Shown piece after piece: positions 19,073 through 29,353 of a stretch of DNA of 64,000 nt. A program made the translations under genes and the position numbers. The stretch comes from an uncultured Acidobacteriota bacterium (GTDB lineage: Bacteria > Acidobacteriota > UBA6911). The notes under the pieces were generated by a model. It was not told where the DNA came from. It ran no database searches and worked only from the letters and a program-made list of their open reading frames with translations. The stretch spans positions 640,001-704,000 of the forward strand of contig CAWJKZ010000014.1 of the NCBI GenBank assembly GCA_963843575.1. The letters run 5' to 3'. Positions within the stretch are counted from its first letter, which is position 1. Each line of letters opens with the position of its first letter.

Positions 19073-19954
19073 TCAGACACCCCCGGAAGCAAAGGCGAAG
19101 CGCGTTTCCGGGATGCAAGGGACGCCTAGCCCCGCCTGCGGGCCGCCGAGGTGGCACACGTGCTCCGAGCGCCCCGCACAGTCCATGCGCACCCAGAGAC
19201 ACCCCTCGAGCAATTCCATCTGCAGGTTCTCGGCCCGGCGATCGTATGACGTCCTGATGACACCACTGACAATTTCGTGTAACTCCGGCAATGATCCGAA
19301 GCACCCGCAGTCGGACAAATCGAGATCAGAGGGGTCGTACCAGTGCTCGATCAGACGGTCGATGGCCGACACGTCACCAAGATAGGCGGCCACGTCGCTG
19401 CGCAACATCCGGCGCATCCCCTCGTGCAGGAAAGGGCTGACCGGGGCGGTAACCGCAAGGAGCACGGAGCGCTTCTTGTCGTCGTAGCCCACCGCCAGGG
19501 CCCGGGCGCATTTCGCCACCCTGCCGGGGACCAGGTCGGCGGACGGCGGACGGGGATCCGCCTCGCTCAGCTTCAGCAGCGGAAGCCCGAACTGCCGGGA
19601 AAGGGCGACTGTGACCTGGTGCTCCTCGAGAAATCCGAGGCGGATCAGCCACTCCCCTATGCGCCCCTGCTGGGTTTGGCGCTGGCGTGCCACGGCCAGC
19701 TGCAGCTGCTCGGGGGTGATCAGTGCATGATCCAGCAGGATCGACCCGAGGCGCGGGCGCGGGAAGCGCCGTTCCCGCTCCAGGAGCAGGCGCTTCCACC
19801 GGCCCGTCAGGTCGTTCCTGACCTGCGTTTCAAGGCACGCCAGACTGCAAAACGAGTCCCCGTTGAACTGCGGCACCCTGCGCCGGCTCAACAACAGGCT
19901 GAACTCGGAGCGGGTTCGTCCACATCCCTTGCGCTGGCAGCTAGCTTTGACCAT
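19073..19954 (-). CDS. Zn-finger + MshEN (c-di-GMP-binding) protein, no ATPase domain
   Basis: CQRKGC...FCSLAC; tandem RLGSILLDHALITPEQLQLAVARQ / RIGEWLIRLGFLEEHQVTVALSRQ motifs. Confidence 0.8.
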   Translation of the reverse strand: MVKASCQRKGCGRTRSEFSLLLSRRRVPQFNGDSFCSLACLETQVRNDLTGRWKRLLLERERRFPRPRLGSILLDHALITPEQLQLAVARQRQTQQGRIGEWLIRLGFLEEHQVTVALSRQFGLPLLKLSEADPRPPSADLVPGRVAKCARALAVGYDDKKRSVLLAVTAPVSPFLHEGMRRMLRSDVAAYLGDVSAIDRLIEHWYDPSDLDLSDCGCFGSLPELHEIVSGVIRTSYDRRAENLQMELLEGCLWVRMDCAGRSEHVCHLGGPQAGLGVPCIPETRFAFASGGV

Positions 19955-20375
19955 GGCTTTGGGAGTCTCCGTTGACGGCCGGGTTGTGCGTGGGTCCGGT
20001 TTCGACGTACTTCCGCAGGCTCAATATCAGCTCCGCTTCCCCTCTGGGCAGTTTCAGGCGTCTTGAGATGTCATCTAGCGCGACGCCGTTCCTGGCCAGC
20101 CGGAGGACGCGGTGGCGCTTGTCGAGCGCCACCCCTGGGTCGGGTCCCGGGACCGAGAGTTCCACGATCCTCTCCTCCAGCGCCGCGATCGCGTCGGTCA
20201 ACTTCCGGTGCGTGGCGATGTGCGTGTCGGCCATCTGGCAGATCGCCTCCGTGCACGCCAGCAGTTCCCGCTCCAGGCCTCGGGTGCGCCGCCTCCAGGC
20301 CAGGTGCAGAATGACAAAAGTCCCCGCCATGGCCAGGGCCGGGAGTGCGATCGCGTTGAGGTGTGGGATAGACAT
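19941..20375 (-). CDS. Membrane-anchored DUF2802/FipA-like protein
   Basis: N-terminal TM, coiled coil, C-terminal RLARNGVALDDISRRLKLPRGEAELILSLR. Confidence 0.65.
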   Translation of the reverse strand: MSIPHLNAIALPALAMAGTFVILHLAWRRRTRGLERELLACTEAICQMADTHIATHRKLTDAIAALEERIVELSVPGPDPGVALDKRHRVLRLARNGVALDDISRRLKLPRGEAELILSLRKYVETGPTHNPAVNGDSQSHGQS

Positions 20376-20425
20376 GACAGCTCCTCTCTTCAATGGGCCA
20401 CGGGTGCGGTCCTGCGCGTTGCCGC

Positions 20426-20725
20426 TCAGCCGAGCGACCGGATGCGGTCCGCGGTGCTTTCCACCTGCAGGATGCGGACGCCGTAGTTGCCGTCGACCAT
20501 CACCACTTCCCCCGTGGCGATGGGCTTGTCGTTGACCACGACGGTCACGGGGTCGTTCACCGCCTTGTTCAGCTCGATGACGGATCCGACGCCGAGCTTG
20601 AGGACGTCCTTGAGCTGCATTTCCGTGTCGCCGAACGACACCACGATCGGCAACTCGACATCGAGCAGCAGGTCCATGTTCCAGTTCGAGGCTGCCCCGG
20701 TTTCCGCCGGATTCTCTGCGTTCAT
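20426..20725 (-). CDS. fliN: Motor switch protein FliN
   Basis: LLLDVELPIVVSFG...GEVVMVDGNYGVRI (SpoA domain). Confidence 0.93.
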   Translation of the reverse strand: MNAENPAETGAASNWNMDLLLDVELPIVVSFGDTEMQLKDVLKLGVGSVIELNKAVNDPVTVVVNDKPIATGEVVMVDGNYGVRILQVESTADRIRSLG

Positions 20726-20785
20726 CGCAAACCCTCGTTCTCCTCGCCGCTGTCGCCCCGGACCGCCGGGCCGGCCGCCTGCGAA

Positions 20786-21760
20786 TTAGGTCGACAATTT
20801 CCGGAATATCTCAAACGCCCGCTTCCCCCTGCGCGCGACGATCCTGCCCAGGAACTTCGGCACGCCCCCTACGGAAAGGACCAGCGGGTCGCCGACGCGG
20901 GCGTTGAGCCGCACGACGTCGCCCACTCCGAATTTCAGCAGGTCGTCCACCGTCATGGAGCTGTCCGCAAGCTCCGCGGCGACCGGCACCGGCGCCGGCT
21001 GGAGCAGGCTCAGGATACGCGGGGACTCGGTCCCGGAGACCTTCTGGCGGCGGATATTCCACTGTTGGTCGAACCTGGTCCTGATCATCTTCAGCATCCT
21101 TGAGGGGATGCAGATGTTCATCTTGCCGGAGCTCTCGGTGAGCTTCACCTCGAGCGCCACCGCAACGACCGTCTCGCCGGGAGAGACAATCTGGAACATC
21201 TGGGATTTCATCCCCGTCCCTTCGAGCGACAGGTCCAGTTCGATGATCGGCCGCCAGGCCTCCCGCAGGTCCTTCAGGGCCAGCTTCACCACTCCTTCCA
21301 TGATGTTCATCTCGATCTCGGTTAGGCTCCGATCGACGGTGGAGGGAGCTCCCGGCCCGCCCAGCAGGACATCGATCATGGGGAAGACCAGCCCGGGATT
21401 CAGCTCGAGCACGATATTGCTGTCCAACGGTCTCATCAGCACGCTGTTAAACAGGGTCGGATCGGGCAGCGTCTTCAGGAAATCCGCGTAGGTGACCTGC
21501 TCGACGCGCGCCAGCGTGACATCCACAAAGGCGCGCAGATAGGCCGACAGGGACGAGGCGAAGTTACGGGCGAAATAGTCGTGCATCAGGTGCAGGGATC
21601 GCATCTGGTCCTGCGAGATCCGGTCCGCGCGCCGGAAGTCATACCCGTTGACCTTTCGGCTTTCCTTGGGCGGCTCGGCAGCCTGCGCCAGGGGCAGCTC
21701 CTCGGTGGCCATCGCCGAGAACAGGGCATTGATCTCGTCCTGAGAGAGAATTTTGTCCAT
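20786..21760 (-). CDS. fliM: Motor switch protein FliM
   Basis: ILSQDEINAL CheY-binding motif, YDFRR, LLGGPG, C-terminal SpoA. Confidence 0.95.
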   Translation of the reverse strand: MDKILSQDEINALFSAMATEELPLAQAAEPPKESRKVNGYDFRRADRISQDQMRSLHLMHDYFARNFASSLSAYLRAFVDVTLARVEQVTYADFLKTLPDPTLFNSVLMRPLDSNIVLELNPGLVFPMIDVLLGGPGAPSTVDRSLTEIEMNIMEGVVKLALKDLREAWRPIIELDLSLEGTGMKSQMFQIVSPGETVVAVALEVKLTESSGKMNICIPSRMLKMIRTRFDQQWNIRRQKVSGTESPRILSLLQPAPVPVAAELADSSMTVDDLLKFGVGDVVRLNARVGDPLVLSVGGVPKFLGRIVARRGKRAFEIFRKLST

Positions 21761-21772
21761 GGGGCTATCCCG

Positions 21773-22615
21773 CTACTCCTGGTCCTTGACCTTGCGCAGC
21801 TTCGTGCGGAGCCGCAGCATGGCCTTGGTGTGCAGTTGCGAAACGCGCGACTCGTTGACGCCGAGCACCTTCCCGATCTCTTTCATGGTGAGCTCGTCGT
21901 AGTAGTAGAGCGAGACCACGAGGCGTTCCTTTTTCGGGAGCAGGTCGATGGCGCCCCCGAGCAGGCCGCGGATCTCGGACTTGTGAAACAGGAAGAACGG
22001 ATCCATCTGCGGGGCGTCCGGGATATACCTGACCAGCGGCTCGCTGTTGCGGTCGTCGTCCTGCGGCGCGAGCTCCTGGAAGCTGCCGAGGTTGAGCCCC
22101 TTGATCTGGTCGACCAGTTCGTAGAACTCCTCGTAGGAGATCTCCATCTCCTCGCACACTTCCTTGTCCGTCGCGGGGCGCCCCAGCCTCTGCTCGAGGT
22201 CCCGGTAGACCTTCTCCAGGTCCTTGCTCTTCTTGCGTAGCGAGCGCGGAGCCCAGTCGAGGTTTCGGAGACTGTCGAGGATGGCCCCCTTGATGCGCAG
22301 CTCGGCATAGGTCTTGAACTTCACGCCGCGGGACGGATCGAACTTCTCGATCGCGTCCAGCAGGCCAAGAACGCCGGCGCTGACCAGGTCGTTGAGCTCG
22401 ACGTGGGAGGGGAGCTTGGTCGAGATACGCTGGGCGATGTACTTGATCTGCGACAGATGTTCCAGGATGAGCTGCTCGCGCTCGGCCTCCCGGGGAGCGG
22501 GGGCTTCATAGACTCTCGCTTGGCGTGCCAACTCTTGCATATGGGATCCTCGTACACGCAGGTAAGGCCGGCTGACGGCACTTTCCTGCAGGCTATTCGA
22601 CGTGCTTTCCATCAT
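21773..22615 (-). CDS. fliA: RNA polymerase sigma28 factor FliA (start may be 22540)
   Basis: DLVSAGVLGLLDAIEKFD...RIKGAILDSLRNLDWAPRS; ESRVSQLH. Confidence 0.96.
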   Translation of the reverse strand: MMESTSNSLQESAVSRPYLRVRGSHMQELARQARVYEAPAPREAEREQLILEHLSQIKYIAQRISTKLPSHVELNDLVSAGVLGLLDAIEKFDPSRGVKFKTYAELRIKGAILDSLRNLDWAPRSLRKKSKDLEKVYRDLEQRLGRPATDKEVCEEMEISYEEFYELVDQIKGLNLGSFQELAPQDDDRNSEPLVRYIPDAPQMDPFFLFHKSEIRGLLGGAIDLLPKKERLVVSLYYYDELTMKEIGKVLGVNESRVSQLHTKAMLRLRTKLRKVKDQE

Positions 22616-22654
22616 TCTTTCCGGGACGCGGCTAAGGGTCGCCCGTTCGAAACG

Positions 22655-23563
22655 TCAGTTGACCCAATCATTGAGAAGTTTTTCCCAGACGAGGCTGTCG
22701 ACGGCCGGCAACGACGACCCTTGCCGGGCGACCGCCCGTGCGAGAACTCGGAAACACCGGCTGGCCGGAGAGTTGGGGTAGCGCTGGCTCACCAGCACCT
22801 GACTCCGGACAGCCTGGGGCACATGCGCGTCGCGCTCGATGTGCCCGAGGTACTCGACCTCGCGGTTGAGAAATCGCTTCACTACCGAATTGATCTGCCT
22901 GAACACGTCCCTCGCCTCGTCCCCGTGGCGGACGGAGTTGATGAGGACGCTGACCTGCTTCTGCGGCTGTTCTGCAAGGATGATCTTGACGACCGCATAG
23001 GCATCGACAATCGCGGTCGGCTCGGGATCGCTCACGACGACCACTTCGTGGGCCGAGCGCAGAAAGTGCGTGACGTTGCGGGAAATGCCCGCGGCGGTGT
23101 CGATGATGAAGAAGTCGCTGTCCCTGTCGAAATCGGCGAAGCTCTCGACAAGGTGGTTTCGCTGTCCAAGAGTCAGTTCCGAAAGCCGCTGCAACCCGGA
23201 ACTGGCCGGGATGACCCGGAAGCCGTTGGGGGCGTCCACGATGATCTCCGAGAGGCTCTTGTTGCCGAACAGCACGTGCCCCAGGTGAAACCGCGGGGTC
23301 AAGCCCAGCAAGATATCGAGATTCGCCAACCCGAAATCCGCGTCCAGCACGACCACCTTCTTGCCCAACTCCGCCAGGTTCGCCGCCAGGTTGGCCACCA
23401 CGTTGGTCTTGCCGACCCCGCCCTTGCCGCTCGTTACGGCGATGATCCGGGTCCCGGCCTGCCTCTCGGTCGACGCGGTTGTTCCCTGCCCCGATGTACG
23501 TTCCAGGGTGGCCGCCTGGTGGGGGATGCGATTCGAAACTTCCAACTTCCGTGGTTTTTCCAC
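22655..23563 (-). CDS. flhG: MinD-like flagellar number regulator FlhG/FleN
   Basis: VTSGKGGVGKTN, DADFGLAN, IDTAAGIS. Confidence 0.93.
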   Translation of the reverse strand: MEKPRKLEVSNRIPHQAATLERTSGQGTTASTERQAGTRIIAVTSGKGGVGKTNVVANLAANLAELGKKVVVLDADFGLANLDILLGLTPRFHLGHVLFGNKSLSEIIVDAPNGFRVIPASSGLQRLSELTLGQRNHLVESFADFDRDSDFFIIDTAAGISRNVTHFLRSAHEVVVVSDPEPTAIVDAYAVVKIILAEQPQKQVSVLINSVRHGDEARDVFRQINSVVKRFLNREVEYLGHIERDAHVPQAVRSQVLVSQRYPNSPASRCFRVLARAVARQGSSLPAVDSLVWEKLLNDWVN

Positions 23564-23576
23564 TTGAGACTCCGTG

Positions 23577-24700
23577 TCAGGCGTCTTTCAGGACGATGTC
23601 CAGGATGCGTTCCTTCGGCAGCACGTGGATGTCTTCGGGCACGCGCTGGCCGTCTGTGTAGAACGACAGCGGCATCCCCGTCCGGACGAGCTCGTTGAAG
23701 ACCGGGCCGAAGGCCCCCGTCTCGTCCAGCTTGGTAAACAGGAGGTGATCCGGCTTGCAGGGACCGAATCGCGTCACGATCTCTTCCAGATCGGCGGACC
23801 TCGTCGTGGCGCTCAAAACGAGGTGCCGTTCCATGTCCGGCGCAACGCCGGCCAGGTCCGCCAGAGCGCCTATGGCTGCGCTGTCCCTGGGTGCCCGGCC
23901 AGCCGTGTCGATCAGGACGTAGTCGCGCCGGGAGTGCTCTTCGAGCGTGGCCCTGAGACCGTCAAGGTCCCTCGCAAACCGGAAAGGGACCCCGATCAGG
24001 GAGGCGTAAGTCCGCAACTGCTCGACCGCGCCGATACGGTACCCGTCGAGCGTCACCAGCACGACGCTCCGTCTCTTCTGAAGGGCCAGGCGCGCGGCCA
24101 GTTTCGCGATCGTGGTCGTTTTGCCAACGCCCGTCGGCCCTATGAACGCGACGAGGCGCTTGCCCGGAAGTTCTTCCCCGTTGCGCCCGAGATCAACCCG
24201 CCGGAGAGGGAGTTCAAGGCCGAGAGCAACGCGGCGCGATGACGCCGCCGGGGGACGTCGAGCATTCGGACCGATTGCCTGACCAGCCTTCGGGCGAGCC
24301 AGGCGTGAACTCCGGCCGTGACCAGATCGCGGTACAGCACGGCGGCCGTGCTGGCGCGCTGCTGCGCGGTTCTTTTCGTCGTGGAGGTCGCCTGCCCGGG
24401 GATCCCGCGCAGTGAAGCGGGGGTGTACAGGTCGGGGTCGGCCTCGGCCGGCGCACGGTCAGGACCGTCGACTGCGGCTGGGTTGCTGCCCTGGGACGCT
24501 CGCGGCGCTTTCGCAGGTCCCCTGAAGAGTTCCACCCCGTCGCAATTGTCGGCCGCGGCAACCACCTCGACGGTGGTCTCGCCGCCCGACCGGGAGGGTT
24601 TCTCCTTAGTGGAAAGCAGCAGGGCATCCGGGCCGAGTTCGGCCTTGATGTCTCGCAACGCCTCAGCCATTGTCCGGGCGTAGAAAGTCTTGATCCTCAT
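23577..24700 (-). CDS. flhF: SRP-type GTPase FlhF (frameshift near 24160)
   Basis: MRIKTFYARTMAEAL; GPTGVGKTTTIAKLA, DTAGR, TKLDET, GQRVPEDI. Confidence 0.93.
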
Positions 24701-24701
24701 C

Positions 24702-26784
24702 CTAGCTCACCATCCCCACTGAAAGGACCCGGACGTTTGGCGGTATCTCGCTGTGCGAAAGGATGGCCACGCCCGGCAGATAGCGTTCGAGCAGCTGCCT
24801 CACATACATGCGGACGTTCGGCGAGCAGAGGATCACGGGGCTTGCTGAACCGGCCGCGGACTCGAGGGTGCGCCGGAAGCGGCTCATGATGTCCTTGGCC
24901 TGCCGAGGTTCCAGCGCCAGGTACGCTCCCTGGTCGGTGTGCACCACGCCGTCGGTTACCGCCTTCTCCAGTTCCGGGCTCACCGTGAACACGGGCAGTT
25001 CGCCGCTGTCGTTCTGGTAGGGCCGGCACAGCGAACGGGCCAGGGCCTGGCGGCAGTACTCGGTCAGCAGACCGATGTTTTTCGTGAAGGATCCGTAGTC
25101 GGCCAGGGTCTCCAGTATGGAGACGACGTCCCGGATGCTGACGCGCTCCTTGAGCAGATTCTGGAGCACCTTCTGCACCTCGCCGATCGAGAGCACTTTC
25201 GGCACCAGCTCCTCCACCACCTTCGGGTGCGTCTCGGCCACGGTGTCGAGCAGGCTCTTGGTTTCCTGACGTCCGAGCAGTTCGTGGGCGTGCGACTTGA
25301 TGATCTCGGTGACGTGCGTGGCGAGGACCGTTGTGGGGTCCACGACGGTGTAGCCCGCAAGCTGTGCACGTTCGCGGTCGCTCGATTTGATCCATCGCGC
25401 CGGCAAGCCGAATGCCGGCTCCCGCGTGACCACGCCGCTGAGTTCCTCGCGCGCGGTCCCCGGGTTGATCGCGAGCAGATGTTCCTGGAACAGTTCTCCC
25501 CGGGCGATCTCGACACCTTTCAGCAGAATCGAGTACTCCTTTGCGCCCAGCTGCAGGTTGTCGGTTATGTGAACCGGGGGCACGACGAGGCCCATGTCGA
25601 GCGCGATCTGTCGGCGGATGGACTTGATCCGGCCGAGGAAATCGCCACCCTGGCTCGCGTCGACGAAACGGATCAGGCCATAACCCACCTCGACCCCCAG
25701 CAGATCCACCTTGAGCAGGGATTCGATCTTTTCCTTCGGGCGCTCGGCCTCGGCCCGATCAGCCTTGTGCTTTTCCAGCAGCACCCGCTCCCCTTCCCGC
25801 AGGCGTCTGGTGCGCACGGCCATGATCCCGGTCATCGCCGCCAGCAGGAAGAACGGGGGGCCTGGGAGGCCGGGCACGAGGCCGAAGAAGAACAGAAAAC
25901 CCGAGCCGATGGCGATCGGGATGTGGTTCTTGAACAGCTGGCTCGCGACGTCGTCGCCCAGGTTTGCGTCCGAGGCCGCGCGCGTCGTGATGATGCCCCC
26001 TGCGACGGAGATCAGCAGCGAGGGGATGGCGGTCACCAGTCCGTCTCCGATCGTGAGCACCGTGAAGCGCTTCGCCGCCTCGGCCAGATCCATGTCGAAC
26101 TGAAAGACGCCGATGAGGAAGCCGCCGACAATATTGATGGTGAGGATGAGCATGCTGGCGATGGCGTCGCGGCTCGTGAACCGGATGGCCCCGTCCATGG
26201 CCCCGTAGAACTCGGCCTCCTTGAGAGACCATCTCGCGGCGCGCACGCGCCTCGTGTTCGTCGATCAGTCCCGCACTCAGGTCGGCATCGATGGCCATCT
26301 GCTTGCCGGGCATCGCGTCCAGGGTGAATCTGGCGGTGACTTCCGATATGCGGACGGAACCGTGGTTGATGACGATGAACTGAATTCCTATGAGGACCAG
26401 GAAGACGACGATACCGACGAAGTAGTTGCCGCCGACCACGAACTGGCCGAACGACTGGATCACCCTCCCGGCCGCGTCCTCCCCCTCGGATCCGTGCAGC
26501 AGGATGAGACGGGTCGACGCCACGTTCAGGGCGAGCCGGAAAAGGGTGACGATGAGGAGAAGCGACGGGAACACCGAGAAGTGGACCGGCTGCAGAATGT
26601 ACATCGAGACCAGCAGAATCAGGATCGAGAGGGTGATGTTCAGGCTGATCAGGAGGTCCATCGCCATGGTCGGCATGGGCAGCACCATGACAACCAGTAT
26701 CCCCATCACCGCCACGGGAACGATCAGGTGGACCTTGCCGAGGATTTGGGCGGGGCTTGAAGTGGCACTCTCTGCGACGCTCAT
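24702..26784 (-). CDS. flhA: Export gate protein FlhA (frameshift near 26225)
   Basis: [54 protein letters not shown]. Confidence 0.97.
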
Positions 26785-26833
26785 CGAACTTCCTCGATCT
26801 CCAGAGGGTTGTCTGCTGTTCGGAAGGCATTAA

Positions 26834-26849
26834 CGCAATTGGTATGCCA
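26834..26849 (-). promoter_or_regulatory. sigma54 promoter of flhA operon
   Basis: TGGCAT-ACCAA-TTGCG. Confidence 0.8.
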
Positions 26850-26948
26850 CTGGAGACGGCGGAATCAGGCGGCGTTGCGGCGGTTTTCAGCGGGGCGGCA
26901 GAGGGCGTGGAAGCGTGTGCTCCGGCAATCCTGGAGGGTCCCGGCGCC

Positions 26949-28020
26949 CTACTTCCCCCAGGCGGCGCGTGCTTTGTAAATGTATGCGAGGATTTCGGCT
27001 ACGGCTTTGTACAGGCTGGCGGGAATGGTGGCCCCGACTTCGACGGTCTTGTACAGCGTCTGGGCGAGAGGTCTGTTCTCGACGGTAGGAATGTCGTGTT
27101 CACGTGCCAACTCTTTTATCTTGAGCGCCAAAAAGCCGACACCCTTCGCGACGACTTTCGGAGCTTCCATCGAGTCCATCTTGTAGGACAGCGCAACGGC
27201 GTAATGCGTGGGGTTGGTGATGACCACATCGGCCTTCGGCACCTCCGCCATCATTCTCTTCCGCGCCATGTCGCGCTGGATGCGGCGTATCCGGCCCTTC
27301 GTCAGCGGATCCCCTTCCATCTCTTTGAATTCTTCCTTGACCTCCTGCTTGGTCATCTTCAGCTGTTCCAGGAATCGATACTTCTCGAAGGCGTAGTCGA
27401 GCCCCGCAAGTATCACGAGAAAAACCGCCACCCGGAACAACAGTTCGTAGCTGATCACGCCAGTCCAGTGCATCAACTGGCGCACGTCCATCAGGACCAG
27501 GCGTGGGAAGAGCGTCAGATGTTGTGAGATCACTTGATAACTAATTGCCGACACTATTGCCAACACAAAGAGGCTCTTCACGAGCTGGACCGTTCCGTGT
27601 TTTGAAAAGACGCGCGACAGTCCGTTGCTTGGGTTGAGCTTCTCGAAACGGAATCCCAGGGCGTGTGCCGACAGGGTGAGCCCGCCTCCCTGCACGACAT
27701 TAGAGAGCACGCTGATGACGAGCGCCGCCCCCATCAGCGGCGCGGTGGCCAACGCCACCCGGGTCATGATCTGGCGTCCCAGGCCGTTGAGAAAGGAGAC
27801 GGAGAGCTCCGGCGGAACCCTCAGGCGCAGCACGTTCTGCATTTCCATCCCCAGGGTACCCATCAGGGACTGCGCCGAGTAAGAAAGGACCATGAGCCCG
27901 CCGAGCAGGACGAGGGCGGCGGGCACTTCCTTGCTCCGCGCCACCTGCCCCTTCTCACGGGCTTTCTGAAGCCTCCGTCTGTGTCGGCCTTTCGGTCTTG
28001 TTGTCTTTGCCGCCCGGCAT
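26949..28020 (-). CDS. flhB: Export switch protein FlhB (frameshift near 27980)
   Basis: KTERPT-[fs]-RRLQKAREKGQVARSKE; ADVVITNPTHYAVAL autocleavage site. Confidence 0.96.
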
Positions 28021-28026
28021 GGGCTC

Positions 28027-28806
28027 CTATGCCATCTTTTGCACCAGGCCCAACAACTCGCGAAACAGCTTCGCGTAGTGCTCGCCCAGGAGTTGAGGCA
28101 GGAAATAGAAGGACAGGCTGAGACAGAAGAAACCGACCAGCAGTTTGGCGGGCATCCCCACGATTAGGATGTTGATCTGCGGGGCCACCCTGCCGATGAT
28201 CCCGAGCACGATGTCGGTAAGGACCGTAACGGCGATCACCGGGCTCGCAATCTGCACCCCCACCGACAACACTTGAGAGGAAAGTCGCAGGACTTCGGCC
28301 ACCAGTGGCCCGTGCAGCTTCAGCCCGGTGACCGGGACGTAACGGAAGCTGTCGCTGACCGCCATGAAAAACCAGTGATGCCCGTTGATCAGCAGGAACA
28401 GGACGAGCCCTATGAAGTTCTCCAGGAACGAGATCACCGACATCTCGACCTCGCTCTGCGGGTCGATGAGGTTGATGATCGAAAACCCCAGCTGGAAGGC
28501 GATGATCTGGCCAGCCAGCTGCATGGCCGCAAAGATAAACAGGGCGGACAACCCCAGCACCAGCCCGAAAACCGCCTCCCCCGCAGCCATGCCGATCATG
28601 GAAACTGGTGTGAGCTCCGCCGGCAGGCGCCCGAGCGGCAGGGCGGGAACGAGAGCCACGGTCGCAACCAGCGTCAGCACGACCCTCACCTGGTACGGGA
28701 TCGAGTAGCTGCTGAAGAAAGGAGCGAAGACCATGATGCCCGCCACCCTGAACAGGACGACGGCAAAACGCACGATCTCTGCATTGGAAAAGAAAATGGG
28801 TTCCAT
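28027..28806 (-). CDS. fliR: Export gate protein FliR
   Basis: AGQIIAFQLGFS...IDPQ, NGHH, RVAPQINILIVGMP. Confidence 0.95.
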   Translation of the reverse strand: MEPIFFSNAEIVRFAVVLFRVAGIMVFAPFFSSYSIPYQVRVVLTLVATVALVPALPLGRLPAELTPVSMIGMAAGEAVFGLVLGLSALFIFAAMQLAGQIIAFQLGFSIINLIDPQSEVEMSVISFLENFIGLVLFLLINGHHWFFMAVSDSFRYVPVTGLKLHGPLVAEVLRLSSQVLSVGVQIASPVIAVTVLTDIVLGIIGRVAPQINILIVGMPAKLLVGFFCLSLSFYFLPQLLGEHYAKLFRELLGLVQKMA

Positions 28807-28834
28807 ACCGCCGCACCCGGGGAGCGGGCCGTGC

Positions 28835-29104
28835 CTAGTGCGCGAAGCGCTCGAGGTGGCCCAGCAGCCCTGTGGTGAATGACGTCATGATGCTCATGGC
28901 CCAGGGGAACAGGAGGAGAAACGCCAGAAATACTGCGATCACACGCGGCACGAACGACAGCGTCATGTCCTGGATTGAAGTGACCACCTGGGCGATGCTG
29001 ACGAACAGCCCGATCACCAGGGACACCATGAGCAGAGGCCCGCTCACCATAAGGGTGATCTGCAGGGTATCCCTGGCCAGCTTCAAAACGATGTCCTGCG
29101 ACAT
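28835..29104 (-). CDS. fliQ: Export gate protein FliQ
   Basis: QVVTSIQDMTLSFVPR. Confidence 0.95.
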   Translation of the reverse strand: MSQDIVLKLARDTLQITLMVSGPLLMVSLVIGLFVSIAQVVTSIQDMTLSFVPRVIAVFLAFLLLFPWAMSIMTSFTTGLLGHLERFAH

Positions 29105-29353
29105 GCGGCGCCTCCTCCAACAGCGTTCTTGAAACACCTGAGTGAATCTCGCGTCATGTTTTTAAACCCTGGAGACCCTGGGCACCTGGATTGCCCCCTG
29201 CCGGGCCCGCGGCGGACCGGCGGCGTATCACAGCCGAACAGATGCCGGCCGGCCAGCAATGCGCCAAACGAGGCCGCGCGTTGCACCGTGTCGCGCGGGC
29301 ATCGCGCCTCGCTCTTGGAAGCCTGCAGATGCCACTGCTGCCGTCCTATACCC

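Noticed and set aside
29252-29267. sigma54 promoter in the fliP-fliQ gap (TGGCGCATTGCTGGC)
   Set aside because: Spacing is right but the -12 box is poor (TGGC) and it is far from the start codon
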